Shown here piece after piece: positions 30,601-39,685 of a stretch of DNA of 64,000 nt. Made by a program: the position numbers and the translations under genes. Origin of the DNA: Candidatus Latescibacterota bacterium (GTDB lineage Bacteria; Latescibacterota; UBA2968); assembly GCA_965205975.1 (NCBI GenBank), contig OZ242195.1, forward strand, positions 1,536,001 to 1,600,000, in the 5' to 3' direction. Position 1 is the first letter of the stretch. Each line of letters opens with the position of its first letter. The notes under the pieces were generated by a model, which was not told where the DNA came from, made no database searches, and saw only the letters and a list, made by a program, of their open reading frames with translations.

Positions 30601-32160
30601 CTGCAACCCGCGCATGCGATCGTCGGGATCCAGCTTGTAATCGGGCAAAAAATCTTCGGAATTTAACCCGAGGTCAAGCACGCCGGCAAGCAGGCGTATC
30701 TGCCCGGTGAGATTTTTGAAATTCACATGTTCGGGTTTATCCAGCGGAGTATCTACTCTAAAACGCGCATCGTTGACCGTAATGAGCGATAGCGCTGGCG
30801 TGCCAGCTTCCAAAACGACCTCACCATCTGTCTTCAGGACTTTTCCCGGAATATACATATCCCAGTTCATGCCGCCTTTGGGATTGATTCCATCGATGAG
30901 GGCATCGGCGGGGTCCAGGTCAAAGCGCTCGGCTATCGCCTCTGAATAATGCACAAGCGATTTGCCAAATGGCGTGAAGAAACGCTTGTAATAATAATTG
31001 CGCGTGCTGTTCCAAACCCCGATTTCATCTGTCTGACTCGTCAAATCCAGAGAAATGAACAGCGGCAATTCGAGAGGTTCAGTCATCAATGCGGCAAAAT
31101 GCTTTTCTTTCCGCGAATGTCTGCTCAAAAAATCGCAAATACCTCTAAAGCCGAGATGATGCCCAGAAGATGCGAGAAACAAAAGCGTGTGTTTGGGCGG
31201 GTACTTGCTGAAATATTCGGCCAACTTCATCAGGCCCACAATCCCACCTGCCATCTCAGCGCCTGGCGCGAGTGCTGGTACTACAGACATCGCATCGTAA
31301 TACGTATTGATCACCACGATTTTTTCGCTCAATACGGGATCGATTCCGCGAATCCAGCCCAAAATATTCCGGGTCTCTTTCTTTTCCCAATCCATTCGCG
31401 CCTTCAAAGTGACATTGACCTCATCCTTTTGCGCAATCAATTCCTTCAGCTTTTCGCCACTTGCCTTATCGATCCAAAAACGCTCAACACTATTGGGCAC
31501 CTGCAAAAATTTGGTCTCTGCCTGCGCGGTAAATGTGGAATCGGGTTCGATAAATACAATCTGCTGTGCGCCGAGCATGGCGGCATTGAGCCAGTTGTTC
31601 CACGAATTAAATTCCATCAACACCACCGCGCCCTCTATATCGCGCCCATTAAATTCCGACACATCGCCAGTGCCTCCCCACAAGAGATGCCCCCGCACGC
31701 CACCTGCGGGCAAGGTGGTCGTCTTGACCAGATTGGGCCACAAACCGTGAATGGTAAAAACCTCGCCTGTATCTTCCACCATTAAGCTGCCGCCCTGGTC
31801 TATGGGCACGGCCACGCCATACGTCTCGGCTTCTACGTCTTCCATGCCAAAACGCCGAAACTCAGATTCTATAAAATCCGCGGCTTTTTCATGGCCGGAA
31901 TAACCCACTACGCGTGAATCGTAGCGCACAAACTGATCCATCAGCGTGCGAATCCCATCTTCGCGCACAGCATCCAAAACCCGTGTACCCACTTCTTCTG
32001 CACGAGGAACGGGTACGGGCGGAACCTCGCTGGGCACTTCCAATCCCAATAGAGCAGCTATATGGGGATTTACGCGATAGGGACCGGCAATCAGGAGTGC
32101 CGTAACAAAAATCCCCAGGACGATAAGACTCCAGGTGATGTGCTTATAATATTTATCCAT
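27643..32160 (-). CDS. Large membrane protein: M28-like peptidase/PA domain fused to a MacB/FtsX-like permease
   Basis: SRVVGYSGHEKAADFI, NILGWIRG, YYDAMS..PALAPGAE (M28-like); C-terminal NTMMGSVYERFREIGIYSAVGLAP and YPARQAA (FtsX permease). Confidence 0.75.
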   Translation of the reverse strand: MDKYYKHITWSLIVLGIFVTALLIAGPYRVNPHIAALLGLEVPSEVPPVPVPRAEEVGTRVLDAVREDGIRTLMDQFVRYDSRVVGYSGHEKAADFIESEFRRFGMEDVEAETYGVAVPIDQGGSLMVEDTGEVFTIHGLWPNLVKTTTLPAGGVRGHLLWGGTGDVSEFNGRDIEGAVVLMEFNSWNNWLNAAMLGAQQIVFIEPDSTFTAQAETKFLQVPNSVERFWIDKASGEKLKELIAQKDEVNVTLKARMDWEKKETRNILGWIRGIDPVLSEKIVVINTYYDAMSVVPALAPGAEMAGGIVGLMKLAEYFSKYPPKHTLLFLASSGHHLGFRGICDFLSRHSRKEKHFAALMTEPLELPLFISLDLTSQTDEIGVWNSTRNYYYKRFFTPFGKSLVHYSEAIAERFDLDPADALIDGINPKGGMNWDMYIPGKVLKTDGEVVLEAGTPALSLITVNDARFRVDTPLDKPEHVNFKNLTGQIRLLAGVLDLGLNSEDFLPDYKLDPDDRMRGLQGFVRTFPRLSITPDRPRPGAVASLRMGNDKSIKGVRRVYYDIADENGEFYMPGIAERRVDVKAFYMDPESGEITYAPNHGRQARIYRGEFNMDWWISKRTRILFPCVATDFYDTVDPRYLTKLSSISVLGPGNTAPQEYGYAIGFGPEEPVGTIFTTPGERIKIVMREREIGVRYLLLNSKSAESVEVARGDGFQILQHGGAFIRSSFQAAKDMWTLNEARMRELEKYSIENQRMTNLHDQAKYHLDLAEEAMKDRKWDLFVKHTRAGMGLESRAYPDVKSTQNDVIRGVIFFMLLVIPCAFFVERLLFTFSDIRVQIGGFSVVFVVIWTVLAQVHPAFDLSNPFVILLAFVILALAVFVISIVSGRFHDNIRQLRTEEVLLHDTDVGRISASVAAFQLGIANMKKRKMRTSLTFVTLVLLTFTVLSFTSIKTTLDFHQLPLDDTEGKYPGLLIRSQFWGPLEDTAYDYARINFFDQGEIAPRSWYVTRDLKKTPIETPEKTTKVLGIVGLSVNEPAVTGIDTLLSHGRWFEEGEIACILPGKIAGLLKVEPEDVGKKSVRLFGKQLKVVGLIDAEKMRDLKDLDGEILSPADFKLTDDEIISQMTQRESREKQGLEQPQLENMPFEHIDPDDIAIIPYKILREVGSPLQSVAIRLHEDVNVEEQVKEYVSRLSVVVYAGIPGEDGKIEVSIYSSLGWGPLPGLANLFVPILVAALIVLNTMMGSVYERFREIGIYSAVGLAPVHISFLFIAEACVYAVLGTVSGYLLGQGVIKVLLWQGWLQGLNVNYSALSTVISSALVMVVVLISSLYPARQAALMAVPDVTRRWRLPDPEGDHWHFEFPFTVGGKDVFGLSVFLVDYFESHMGESMGAFYTDGARFGSVEAETGSGYTIDTTIWLAPYDLGVSQQVHFEAVPIGEHNIFAMTLTIDRISGDVASWRRGNQGFMNALRKQFLIWRTVDPTNRAKYTEKGRELLAAPTAVVNA

Positions 32161-34144
32161 AGCGATGTACCCAATGTCCGCGTTCAGGGAACCAGATCAT
32201 GTCGATACCCAATGACAAAGCCACGCCGAGAATATATCCGACGAGCAAACCGATGAACAGGGGTCTCGATTTGCGATAAACCGTTGGCCCGCCTACTTTT
32301 ATGATTACAAACTTAATCAACCAAGCCAGAAAAGTTGTAAAGCTGGTGCGTCGGGCCAGATAAGAACCCGAAATCGCCAACCCCACGGGATGCAGCGGCC
32401 ACCACACAAAGCGATAGCGCATATAGATCAATCCAGCCATCAGCAGACCGCCAATGCCCAAAAATACCGCTTGTTCGGGATGTTCCTCATAAAATGGCGG
32501 CTCGTCAGGTTTTTTGATCGCATCAACCGTGCTCTGAAAATGGCGTTCGGCTGCCCGCGTGATCTCCCAACTGTTGAAATTATAAGCCCCTTGATCGTAA
32601 CCCAACCACACGGTAAACAACATATTAAACAGCAAGCTGACCATAAATACCAGTCCAAGCGCCCCCATCAACCGCCGCCGCTGATTGCCGGGAACACCCT
32701 CGGAAACACGCCCGGCATGGGAAAGCGCGGGCATAAACAAGCCCTTAAAATTCTCGTTAATCAGTGCAGAAAAGCGAAAAGAGACGAGGGTGGAAAGCGA
32801 GATATTGCGCCTTCCATAAAACGATGCGACCATACTCCATGACCCAATGGGTTTGCTCGCAAATGGCATGCCGGTATCGGCGAGGATCTTCGCCATACCC
32901 GTATAGACAAAAATCGCTGCCAGAATATATAAAAATCCTTTAAACGGATCGAAATTCATCTGCGTCAGCCAGATAAACAAATACGCTATGCTGCACAGCA
33001 AACCGATACAAGCGGCGCGATAGGACATCAATTCCTGGGAGTCATCCACTGTGGGATCCCTCCCGAGAGCCTTCATCAACACATCGCGCAAATGTTTTCT
33101 CGCTACCCAGAATGTCGAACCCACAAAAACGACAAAGGCTCCAAAAGTCTGCCAGTAATACACTCCCGTGCGATAATAAGGCGTGGTGGCTTTATAGCCC
33201 CACTTAGTGAGCTGGCCACCTTCAAAGATGAACACCAGATCAAAAAACCAGATGGAAAACAGAACATCCAGGCTGGCAAAATAAGAAAAAAGAATGGTAA
33301 AAATGCCAAAGTATCCCCTGATAGGCGGCAATTGGCGATCTATCCAGTACCAGCGCGACCGATAAATGGGAAAACGCGGAAAGCCCGGCAAAAAGTAATT
33401 GATACAATTCCAGGCCAGCACCCCAAACGCAATGGCAAATCCGATCCAGAACAAGCGATTGCGCATAAACTCGGGCAACCATCCCTCACCATCGCCCGGT
33501 TCAGAAGCCATATCGATCAACGGCGCCATTGCGGGAAAAACCAGGCGTTCGTTTTGCACCCATTGTTTTCTAAAAACAGTGGCCACACAGGCCAGCATTA
33601 AAAAAGCCGCCGCCACAACCGTCGTCCACCAGAACAGGGGCAATATCCACACGCCCCAGGGGATAGTAGCACCACTCGGCAAGCCTTCGTAAAACCACGC
33701 AACGGCATTGCCCTCGTGGCTCGGCAAGAGCCAGTTGGGCAAATGCGGGTGCAAGTGCTCAGCCCACTGATTTTCTTCCGTCGCAAAATAATAAGGTGCC
33801 GTAATATAGCCGATCAAATAACCCGTCATTCCAAAACACGGCAGTGCTGCGCCCACAAGGCCCATCGCCAATATTGCATGCCATTCGCCTTTTGAAAGAA
33901 CCCAGCCGGTCATTTTGGCAACAATGGCAAGCCCGATCATCAGAATCATCAAAATGATCAGCATGGCCATTGGAATGTGGCTATACGTCATCAGCGAAGC
34001 GTGCAAGACATAGCGTACATACATAGCCAACAGATCGAGGGCAATGACGAGAAAAACGCCCAATCCCACAGCGCGCAGTGTTACTGCGGGTTGTGAACTC
34101 GCATCATCTGCTTCTGTCTGAATATTTTGTATATCAAGAGCCAT
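32153..34144 (-). CDS. DUF6785/DUF6784-like polytopic membrane protein
   Basis: PYYFATEENQW, WFYEGLP....PWGVW..P, FRKQWVQNERLVFP, WWPLHPVG, GG..YRKSRP.FIGL..G. Confidence 0.75.
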   Translation of the reverse strand: MALDIQNIQTEADDASSQPAVTLRAVGLGVFLVIALDLLAMYVRYVLHASLMTYSHIPMAMLIILMILMIGLAIVAKMTGWVLSKGEWHAILAMGLVGAALPCFGMTGYLIGYITAPYYFATEENQWAEHLHPHLPNWLLPSHEGNAVAWFYEGLPSGATIPWGVWILPLFWWTTVVAAAFLMLACVATVFRKQWVQNERLVFPAMAPLIDMASEPGDGEGWLPEFMRNRLFWIGFAIAFGVLAWNCINYFLPGFPRFPIYRSRWYWIDRQLPPIRGYFGIFTILFSYFASLDVLFSIWFFDLVFIFEGGQLTKWGYKATTPYYRTGVYYWQTFGAFVVFVGSTFWVARKHLRDVLMKALGRDPTVDDSQELMSYRAACIGLLCSIAYLFIWLTQMNFDPFKGFLYILAAIFVYTGMAKILADTGMPFASKPIGSWSMVASFYGRRNISLSTLVSFRFSALINENFKGLFMPALSHAGRVSEGVPGNQRRRLMGALGLVFMVSLLFNMLFTVWLGYDQGAYNFNSWEITRAAERHFQSTVDAIKKPDEPPFYEEHPEQAVFLGIGGLLMAGLIYMRYRFVWWPLHPVGLAISGSYLARRTSFTTFLAWLIKFVIIKVGGPTVYRKSRPLFIGLLVGYILGVALSLGIDMIWFPERGHWVHRYG

Positions 34145-34304
34145 TGGCGTGATTTTCGCAATACAAGGTAAAATCCCTTAAAAAATGTGCGGGGATAATT
34201 AACCCTTGCCCCTTGCATTTGTCAAATGGTTTATATGTTTATAATTGTAATCCTGCACATAGCGCAACATCATTTCTGTTTGAGAAAAAACGTAAGCAAG
34301 AACC

Positions 34305-34333
34305 TTGACACCAATTAGTCGTTTTGTTAAATT
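34305..34333 (+). promoter_or_regulatory. Sigma70-type promoter of tRNA-Phe
   Basis: TTGACA (34305-34310), 17-nt spacer, extended -10 TGnTAAATT (34325-34333), 25 nt upstream of the tRNA. Confidence 0.7.
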
Positions 34334-34358
34334 TGGTCGTCTTATCGAGAAAGATGAT

Positions 34359-34434
<76 letters not shown>

Positions 34435-34484
34435 TTTTTTTTAACCATATACAGACGTAATTTTTCAGTACAAGTTCCAATAAT

Positions 34485-34525
34485 AAAAGGGTGTGAACTT
34501 TCAGTGTTCACACCCTTTTTGTTTT
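34485..34525. terminator. Bidirectional intrinsic terminator after tRNA-Phe
   Basis: AAAAGGGTGTGAAC-N7-GTTCACACCCTTTT perfect 14-bp stem with T tracts. Confidence 0.85.
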
Positions 34526-34548
34526 TTCACTGGATTAATAATATCATC

Positions 34549-34574
34549 GTAGGGGACGGTCCCTGTGCCGTCCC
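34549..34574 (+). repeat. GTAG-type REP element
   Basis: GTAG + GGGACGG-TCCCTGTG-CCGTCCC hairpin; related copy at 41664-41688. Confidence 0.6.
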
Positions 34575-34610
34575 GAACAGTCAGCATAGCAGGTTGCTTT
34601 TAAATTCGCA

Positions 34611-35402
34611 TTACAAACTCTGTGCAACCCGAAACCCCACATAAAGGCTCCCGGCAAAGGTTCTGTGTTGATCGCGAGCAGCCGAGCGAAGGAAATATCC
34701 TTCCAGGTACCAGGCACCGCCGCGCACCACGCGCGCAGTAGAATCGCCGACCTCCCACGCAGACCCGTCATTGGGTGCGCCCACATATCTATTATTATAA
34801 CGATCCTGAGTCCATTCCCACACATTGCCGTGCATATCGTGAAGGCCCCAGGCATTGGCCTCGAACGATCCCACAGGTGCTGACATCTCGTTATCCCACT
34901 GACTGCCGCACCCATTGCAGTTGGCGCGGTTGTGACCAAGATTATGCCCCCAGCTATACCTCGTCACTGTTCCCGCGCGCGCCGCATACTCCCACTCTGC
35001 TTCGCTTGGCAAACGATAATTCTTTCCCGTCTGCTTCGATAACCACGCTGTGTACGCCACCGCATCATCCCAGGTGATATTGACCACGGGACGCTGCCCC
35101 CGGCCGAAACCCCGGTCGTCTGCTCGCTCGCGCCCCGTCGCATCCGTGAAGAGATCGTACTCCTCAAATGTCACCTCGTACTTCGAAAGCGCGAACGACT
35201 CAATCGTTACTTCATGCACTGGCCTCTCGCTATTATTACAACTTCTTCCCGATACGCACCCCATCTTAAAACTTCCCGCAGGAATCACCACCATCTCCGG
35301 CGGCTCAAAAGTAGCCTCTTTCTCCTGCGAAACCTGAGCGGATGTACCTGTGGAAAATCCCAACAAAAATAGAACGGAAAAGCTACTGATGATTCCCCGC
35401 AT
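34611..35402 (-). CDS. Formylglycine-generating enzyme (FGE/SUMF1) domain protein with signal peptide
   Basis: MVVIPAGSFKMG, KYEVTFEEY, RLPSEAEWEYAARAG, GLHDMHGNVWEW, RGGAW, GFRVA. Confidence 0.9.
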   Translation of the reverse strand: MRGIISSFSVLFLLGFSTGTSAQVSQEKEATFEPPEMVVIPAGSFKMGCVSGRSCNNSERPVHEVTIESFALSKYEVTFEEYDLFTDATGRERADDRGFGRGQRPVVNITWDDAVAYTAWLSKQTGKNYRLPSEAEWEYAARAGTVTRYSWGHNLGHNRANCNGCGSQWDNEMSAPVGSFEANAWGLHDMHGNVWEWTQDRYNNRYVGAPNDGSAWEVGDSTARVVRGGAWYLEGYFLRSAARDQHRTFAGSLYVGFRVAQSL

Positions 35403-35485
35403 GATATCTCTCCTGTCATTGATCATCTGTAAATGCTCATGACATAAAAAATAAGACAACTTCTTATGCATGAGAAACATATTTT

Positions 35486-36214
35486 TTACCTCCCGATAGT
35501 CACATTGACCAGGGCGCCGGGTCTGACATGCTTTCCCGCATTTAAAAAAAGACCCGTTACTTTACACGTCCCATTTTCCGGATCAATAACAGGACTGATC
35601 CCGACAATGCGCCCGGGCAGCGCGCGCTTTCCGCCAGCGGTCAGCACGGCAGACAGCGGCATATTCTTATGAATCGCGTTCAGCCTACCCTCGGGCACAA
35701 ACATAAACACCTGAAGATCCACAGGGTCAATCACCCGCGCGACCGCGGTGTAAGCCAGTACCCAGTCACCTGCCTTTACATTGACCTCGACCACCATCCC
35801 GTCCTGGGGTGCGATGATTGCGGTTCTGTCCAGTTCCATACGCGCGGCGACCCAGTTATAGTGTGCGACCTCGGCATCGAATCGGACATTTTCGAGCTGC
35901 TGGTCACTGATCAGCTTCTTATCGTGCAACACTTCCAATCGCGCTTGCAGAGTCTGGGCCTTCTTCAGTGCAATTCGAGCCGCGACTTCCTTCACGCGCA
36001 AATCTCGGCGGGATAATACCATGAGGGTATCCCCTTTGACCACCCGGTCTCCCACCTCGAAATTGACCTGCTGCATCCGCGCGTTCATCCCAGCATAGAC
36101 AGTTGCCGATCGCGCAGATACTAAAGGTGCTCTCAACATCAATTCTTCTGCATTGGCCCTTGCGGCAATGAACATGAGGAACAGACCGCACAGAAACATC
36201 GCGTTGTATATCAT
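35486..36214 (-). CDS. RND/MFP periplasmic adaptor subunit-like protein
   Basis: Signal peptide, lipoyl half-motifs (EVGDRVVKGDTL; IIAPQDGMV....KAGDWV), coiled coil, ISPVIDPENGT, PGALV. Confidence 0.8.
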   Translation of the reverse strand: MIYNAMFLCGLFLMFIAARANAEELMLRAPLVSARSATVYAGMNARMQQVNFEVGDRVVKGDTLMVLSRRDLRVKEVAARIALKKAQTLQARLEVLHDKKLISDQQLENVRFDAEVAHYNWVAARMELDRTAIIAPQDGMVVEVNVKAGDWVLAYTAVARVIDPVDLQVFMFVPEGRLNAIHKNMPLSAVLTAGGKRALPGRIVGISPVIDPENGTCKVTGLFLNAGKHVRPGALVNVTIGR

Positions 36215-37404
36215 AGTTGATCTCCTATCAGGCGAATACGTAACACACCCCAGAATCGTACGTTTTTGCGTTTCAGAGCCTCAATCTCTTTCTCCTTATC
36301 CGCCAGTTCTCTCTCAACTTGTTCCAGTTTCAGATAGTGAACGGGCGGATAAGCCATTTTCAGGTCCTCCAGTTTTTCAAAAACCTCTTGCTTCTGCCTT
36401 AACAAATCTTTTATGCGTTGTGAAAGGCCTCTTAAAATAGGCTGAAACCGCAAAATCTCCTTTTTTTGGGCAAAATTGAATTCAATTTTTCGGGTAGTGA
36501 AACTGACGGCACTGCTCGGAGCGTCTTCCTCCTCAACTTCAAAAGAAGCATCTGCCTCGAGCAGTCCAGAGACAAAACTGTTTTCCTGGATCTGATCCAC
36601 CAGTTCCCGATAGGTCTCGCCTTTCAACCGGAGCGCCTGTATTCTCACGGGGCGATCCGTCTCCTCCACGCGCACCTTATCCGGCAAAATCGCACCGTGT
36701 TCTCCGCACGTCAGAACCCGCCCATCGAAAAAGATCCAGAACCACGCGGGCCTGGCATCGAGAATCAGAGCTTTTCCACTTACCTTCTCCCGCGTGTGTC
36801 GCCATTGTCCTTCAAAATTCAAATAGGTTTCTGTATTGGCGCTCCGATAATCTGCATAAGCAGCCGAAGGCGTCGCCATCAGATATCTGAACGACCGCCA
36901 GATACCGCCCATAGTCGATATGGGCATGAACAATAGGAGCAGTATGACAAACACAGCCAATACAGTACCCTCCCCCAGGAGGGATCCGGTTTTGACCCTG
37001 TACTTCGCACTGCCTGGAAAAACACAAACCGCGGGATGGGGATAAAACAAAGGCACGCCGCTTTTGGTTGCACTATCGGCGATCAGGTGGCTCATATACC
37101 CTAATAGTATGGCTGTATAACATGCGGTTTGCCAGACAAGCAAGGGCAAGGTGACAACCGATAGAGCGAGCATACAGAGCATCGAATGCGTAATCGTCCG
37201 GTGCCCCCATCGTCGCTCAATCGGAATAGAAGCAAAGGGCATCACCCGGCCAATATAACTTCTCGGCGAATCTACATCCGGAAGCAGACTCCCTATGATC
37301 GCGCATGCAATCGCGGGAAGATTGCGGTGGATGGACATGGAAAAGAGCGAGAAGGAGCTCGCCACAGTGAGCAGCCCAAATGCGATGTGTGTAGGTGCAG
37401 TCAT
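36211..37404 (-). CDS. YdjM/DUF457-like membrane metal-dependent hydrolase with long C-terminal extension
   Basis: THIAFG, GSLLPDVDSP.S, GHRTITHS, GYMSHLIADS.T.SGVPLFYP; C-terminal coiled coil. Confidence 0.8.
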   Translation of the reverse strand: MTAPTHIAFGLLTVASSFSLFSMSIHRNLPAIACAIIGSLLPDVDSPRSYIGRVMPFASIPIERRWGHRTITHSMLCMLALSVVTLPLLVWQTACYTAILLGYMSHLIADSATKSGVPLFYPHPAVCVFPGSAKYRVKTGSLLGEGTVLAVFVILLLLFMPISTMGGIWRSFRYLMATPSAAYADYRSANTETYLNFEGQWRHTREKVSGKALILDARPAWFWIFFDGRVLTCGEHGAILPDKVRVEETDRPVRIQALRLKGETYRELVDQIQENSFVSGLLEADASFEVEEEDAPSSAVSFTTRKIEFNFAQKKEILRFQPILRGLSQRIKDLLRQKQEVFEKLEDLKMAYPPVHYLKLEQVERELADKEKEIEALKRKNVRFWGVLRIRLIGDQL

Positions 37405-39071
37405 CGGTTGAACCTGTACATGAAAAATCGAATGCCCACCAAAAGCGCACTGCCAATACCTGCCAGCACATAGCCCTCCATGCTTCCGATACCGCGCATG
37501 AAGAATCGCGCTGCGACCACAGCCAGCAGAAGCAGCACCACGGCGAACGTAAGATCGATCTGGTTTCGCGCGCCCGTATGCAACACATCTCGCACCACGG
37601 ATCGGGTTACCGCCGGTTCTTTGCGAAACCGTTCCACAATCTCAATAATGGCGCGCGGATTGCCAGCACTCTGCTGCAAGATATTCGTCTCAGTCATTCG
37701 GTAGTCTTCTATATTGGCGCCAGCAGTACACAGACGGATGAGTTTTTTCGCGTCCGCAGTAGATAAGCGCTCTATTTCTACGCGGTCGAACTTCCAGAAG
37801 TGTTTCTCGTAGGACCTCCGTACTTCTGGCAGGGCCGCGATAATGGTAAACTTGCGGTTGAGTTTGTCGATCAACCGCCCGACGGAGGCGGTCATATCGG
37901 ATAGATCATCCACAATCAGCACGAACTCATTTTTCTTCACCGAGCCGAGCACCATATCTGTCCAGCCCTGGATGGTCGTGCGGGTGTGTTGCTTTTTGAT
38001 TGTTTCAAAGGGAATGGATGCCCCGGGCGCGATATTGGGAACTGAATGATCTGTTTCAATAGCATCACCTCCTTCGGCTATGTGTGATTGATTGTTGTCT
38101 TGATCTGCCCCAACATCAGCAATCAGAGTCTCCCCCTTCATCTCTTCTTGCCGTTGCCGTGCCCGGGGCCTCTCCCCTTCCTCTTTGTCCGGACCGTCCG
38201 GACATAGCCTTCCTATTTTGTGCAGCTCCTCTGCAATATTTATCAGGCTCTCTTTCGCCGGTGAAAGCGTCTTCACCACGAGCGCGTTTTCAGCCTCGAG
38301 CAGTGCGAGCAAATGACTTTTGCCCACGCCGATCGGGCCGAGCACCAGCGTATCAATACTCTTACTCAAGTTGTCTTTGAGCTGGCGCAATTCTTTGTCG
38401 CGTCCCACTGTCTGTAGGACCCCGATATGCAACTGCTTTCTCGGCTGAACAAAAAATCTGTAATCGCGGTTCTTCTGCCGCGACCACCACCGCGACAACC
38501 ACGACCTGCGGTCGATGCGGTCAACAGAATGTCGCTTTTGTTCGGCACTCACAGAAATGTAGATGGACGACGTCTCGATGGACGCATGCCCCATCAGATC
38601 TTTGATGCGCTCGACCGGTACATTTCGATCTGCCAGGTCCGTGCCGAAAGTGTGCCTGAGCATGTGCGGATGAACGTGGCGGATCCCCGCGCGCTGCGCG
38701 TAGGTCTTCATGGCTGCCCACACGGTCTTGCGGCTGAGACGTTGTCCGTTGCGGAGATTGCAAAAGACATAAGGAGAATCCGAAAAATGACGGGACTCCA
38801 GCCACTCGCGGAGCACGTCCTGCACCTCGAGGTTCATCGGGACAACCCGCTCTTTGTTGCGTTTGCCCGTGAAGCGAAGGCTCGGTGTGCCCGTTGACCA
38901 ATGGATATTGTCAACCGTGAGTGAACACGCTTCGGATACGCGCAGTCCACACCGCGAGAGCACGGCGATAAGCGCGCGATCGCGCGGGTTCATGCGTACG
39001 GATTGGAGTGCTTCAAGCTCGTCTTGCGCGAGCGCTTTGGGGAGTTTCTGTATGGATGATCGTGATGTCAT
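37401..39071 (-). CDS. Tyrosine recombinase catalytic domain fused to a P-loop ATPase and a C-terminal two-TM anchor
   Basis: R (GLRVSE), K (GKRNKER), HxxR (HMLRH), H (MGH), Y (SSIY); then GPIGVGKS Walker A, LIVDD Walker B, SAGNPRAI, two terminal hydrophobic helices; single uninterrupted ORF. Confidence 0.85.
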   Translation of the reverse strand: MTSRSSIQKLPKALAQDELEALQSVRMNPRDRALIAVLSRCGLRVSEACSLTVDNIHWSTGTPSLRFTGKRNKERVVPMNLEVQDVLREWLESRHFSDSPYVFCNLRNGQRLSRKTVWAAMKTYAQRAGIRHVHPHMLRHTFGTDLADRNVPVERIKDLMGHASIETSSIYISVSAEQKRHSVDRIDRRSWLSRWWSRQKNRDYRFFVQPRKQLHIGVLQTVGRDKELRQLKDNLSKSIDTLVLGPIGVGKSHLLALLEAENALVVKTLSPAKESLINIAEELHKIGRLCPDGPDKEEGERPRARQRQEEMKGETLIADVGADQDNNQSHIAEGGDAIETDHSVPNIAPGASIPFETIKKQHTRTTIQGWTDMVLGSVKKNEFVLIVDDLSDMTASVGRLIDKLNRKFTIIAALPEVRRSYEKHFWKFDRVEIERLSTADAKKLIRLCTAGANIEDYRMTETNILQQSAGNPRAIIEIVERFRKEPAVTRSVVRDVLHTGARNQIDLTFAVVLLLLAVVAARFFMRGIGSMEGYVLAGIGSALLVGIRFFMYRFNR

Positions 39072-39216
39072 AAGCAACTCTATGGGTTAATGGATTAACA
39101 CATTCTTTCTACGGTATTGGGGACGTACCTGACATAATTCGTATTGGGTTGTTCGCGGCGGAATCTATCGGTGGGGTTAAAACCCCGTGCTCAGTATGGG
39201 AAAAAAACACCGCCGC

Positions 39217-39534
39217 TCACGGAAAACGACGATGCTTCGCATCCTTTTTGTTCGACCTCCGACCGAGACAAAAAGTCACCCGCTTTGCGGGCGGTCGTTT
39301 ACTCATCAGCGTCTCGAGAAGCGGTGCCAGGAAGATCGCCGCGATGAACGTTATCCAAAACCCGTTGTCGGCAATCATCGCCGGCGCAGAGAGACCGAGA
39401 ACGCGCTGAAAGTGCGCCCGAATCACATTGTCTCTGGATCCGAAGACATCGAGGACGTCGGGTGTGGGATGGGTTTCTGGTGGGACTGTACGGGACGGTA
39501 CTGCTGGACGGGTTGCGAGTGACTGGTGAACCAT
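39217..39534 (-). CDS. Small hypothetical protein (105 aa) with one hydrophobic segment, first ORF after the sigma54 promoter
   Basis: AGGAGG RBS 9 nt before the ATG; FWITFIAAIFLAPLL segment; overlaps a strongly structured region, so coding status is uncertain. Confidence 0.35.
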   Translation of the reverse strand: MVHQSLATRPAVPSRTVPPETHPTPDVLDVFGSRDNVIRAHFQRVLGLSAPAMIADNGFWITFIAAIFLAPLLETLMSKRPPAKRVTFCLGRRSNKKDAKHRRFP

Positions 39535-39595
39535 GAGAAACGCCCTCCTGAATGGGTTTGGAACTGAAAATTTTGATCTCGTGCCCTGTATATAG

Positions 39596-39611
39596 TGCAA
39601 AAATCGTGCCA
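39596..39611 (-). promoter_or_regulatory. Sigma54 (-24/-12) promoter
   Basis: Minus strand TGGCACGATTTTTGCA, consensus match. Confidence 0.85.
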
Positions 39612-39685
39612 AACAAGCCGAAAAATTCGTAAGTGCTTGCAGGAGAGCGTGTTTTTAAAAAATGACGAAAAACAGACATGCCGAA

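Noticed and set aside
37401..39071. Integron integrase with cassette array
   Set aside because: No IntI-specific insertion or N-terminal domain, and no repeated attC sites between the neighbouring genes, which overlap each other
39230..39310. Hammerhead ribozyme suggested by CTGATGAG on the minus strand (also near 44100)
   Set aside because: No correctly placed GAAA core or stem I/III pairing around a cleavage triplet
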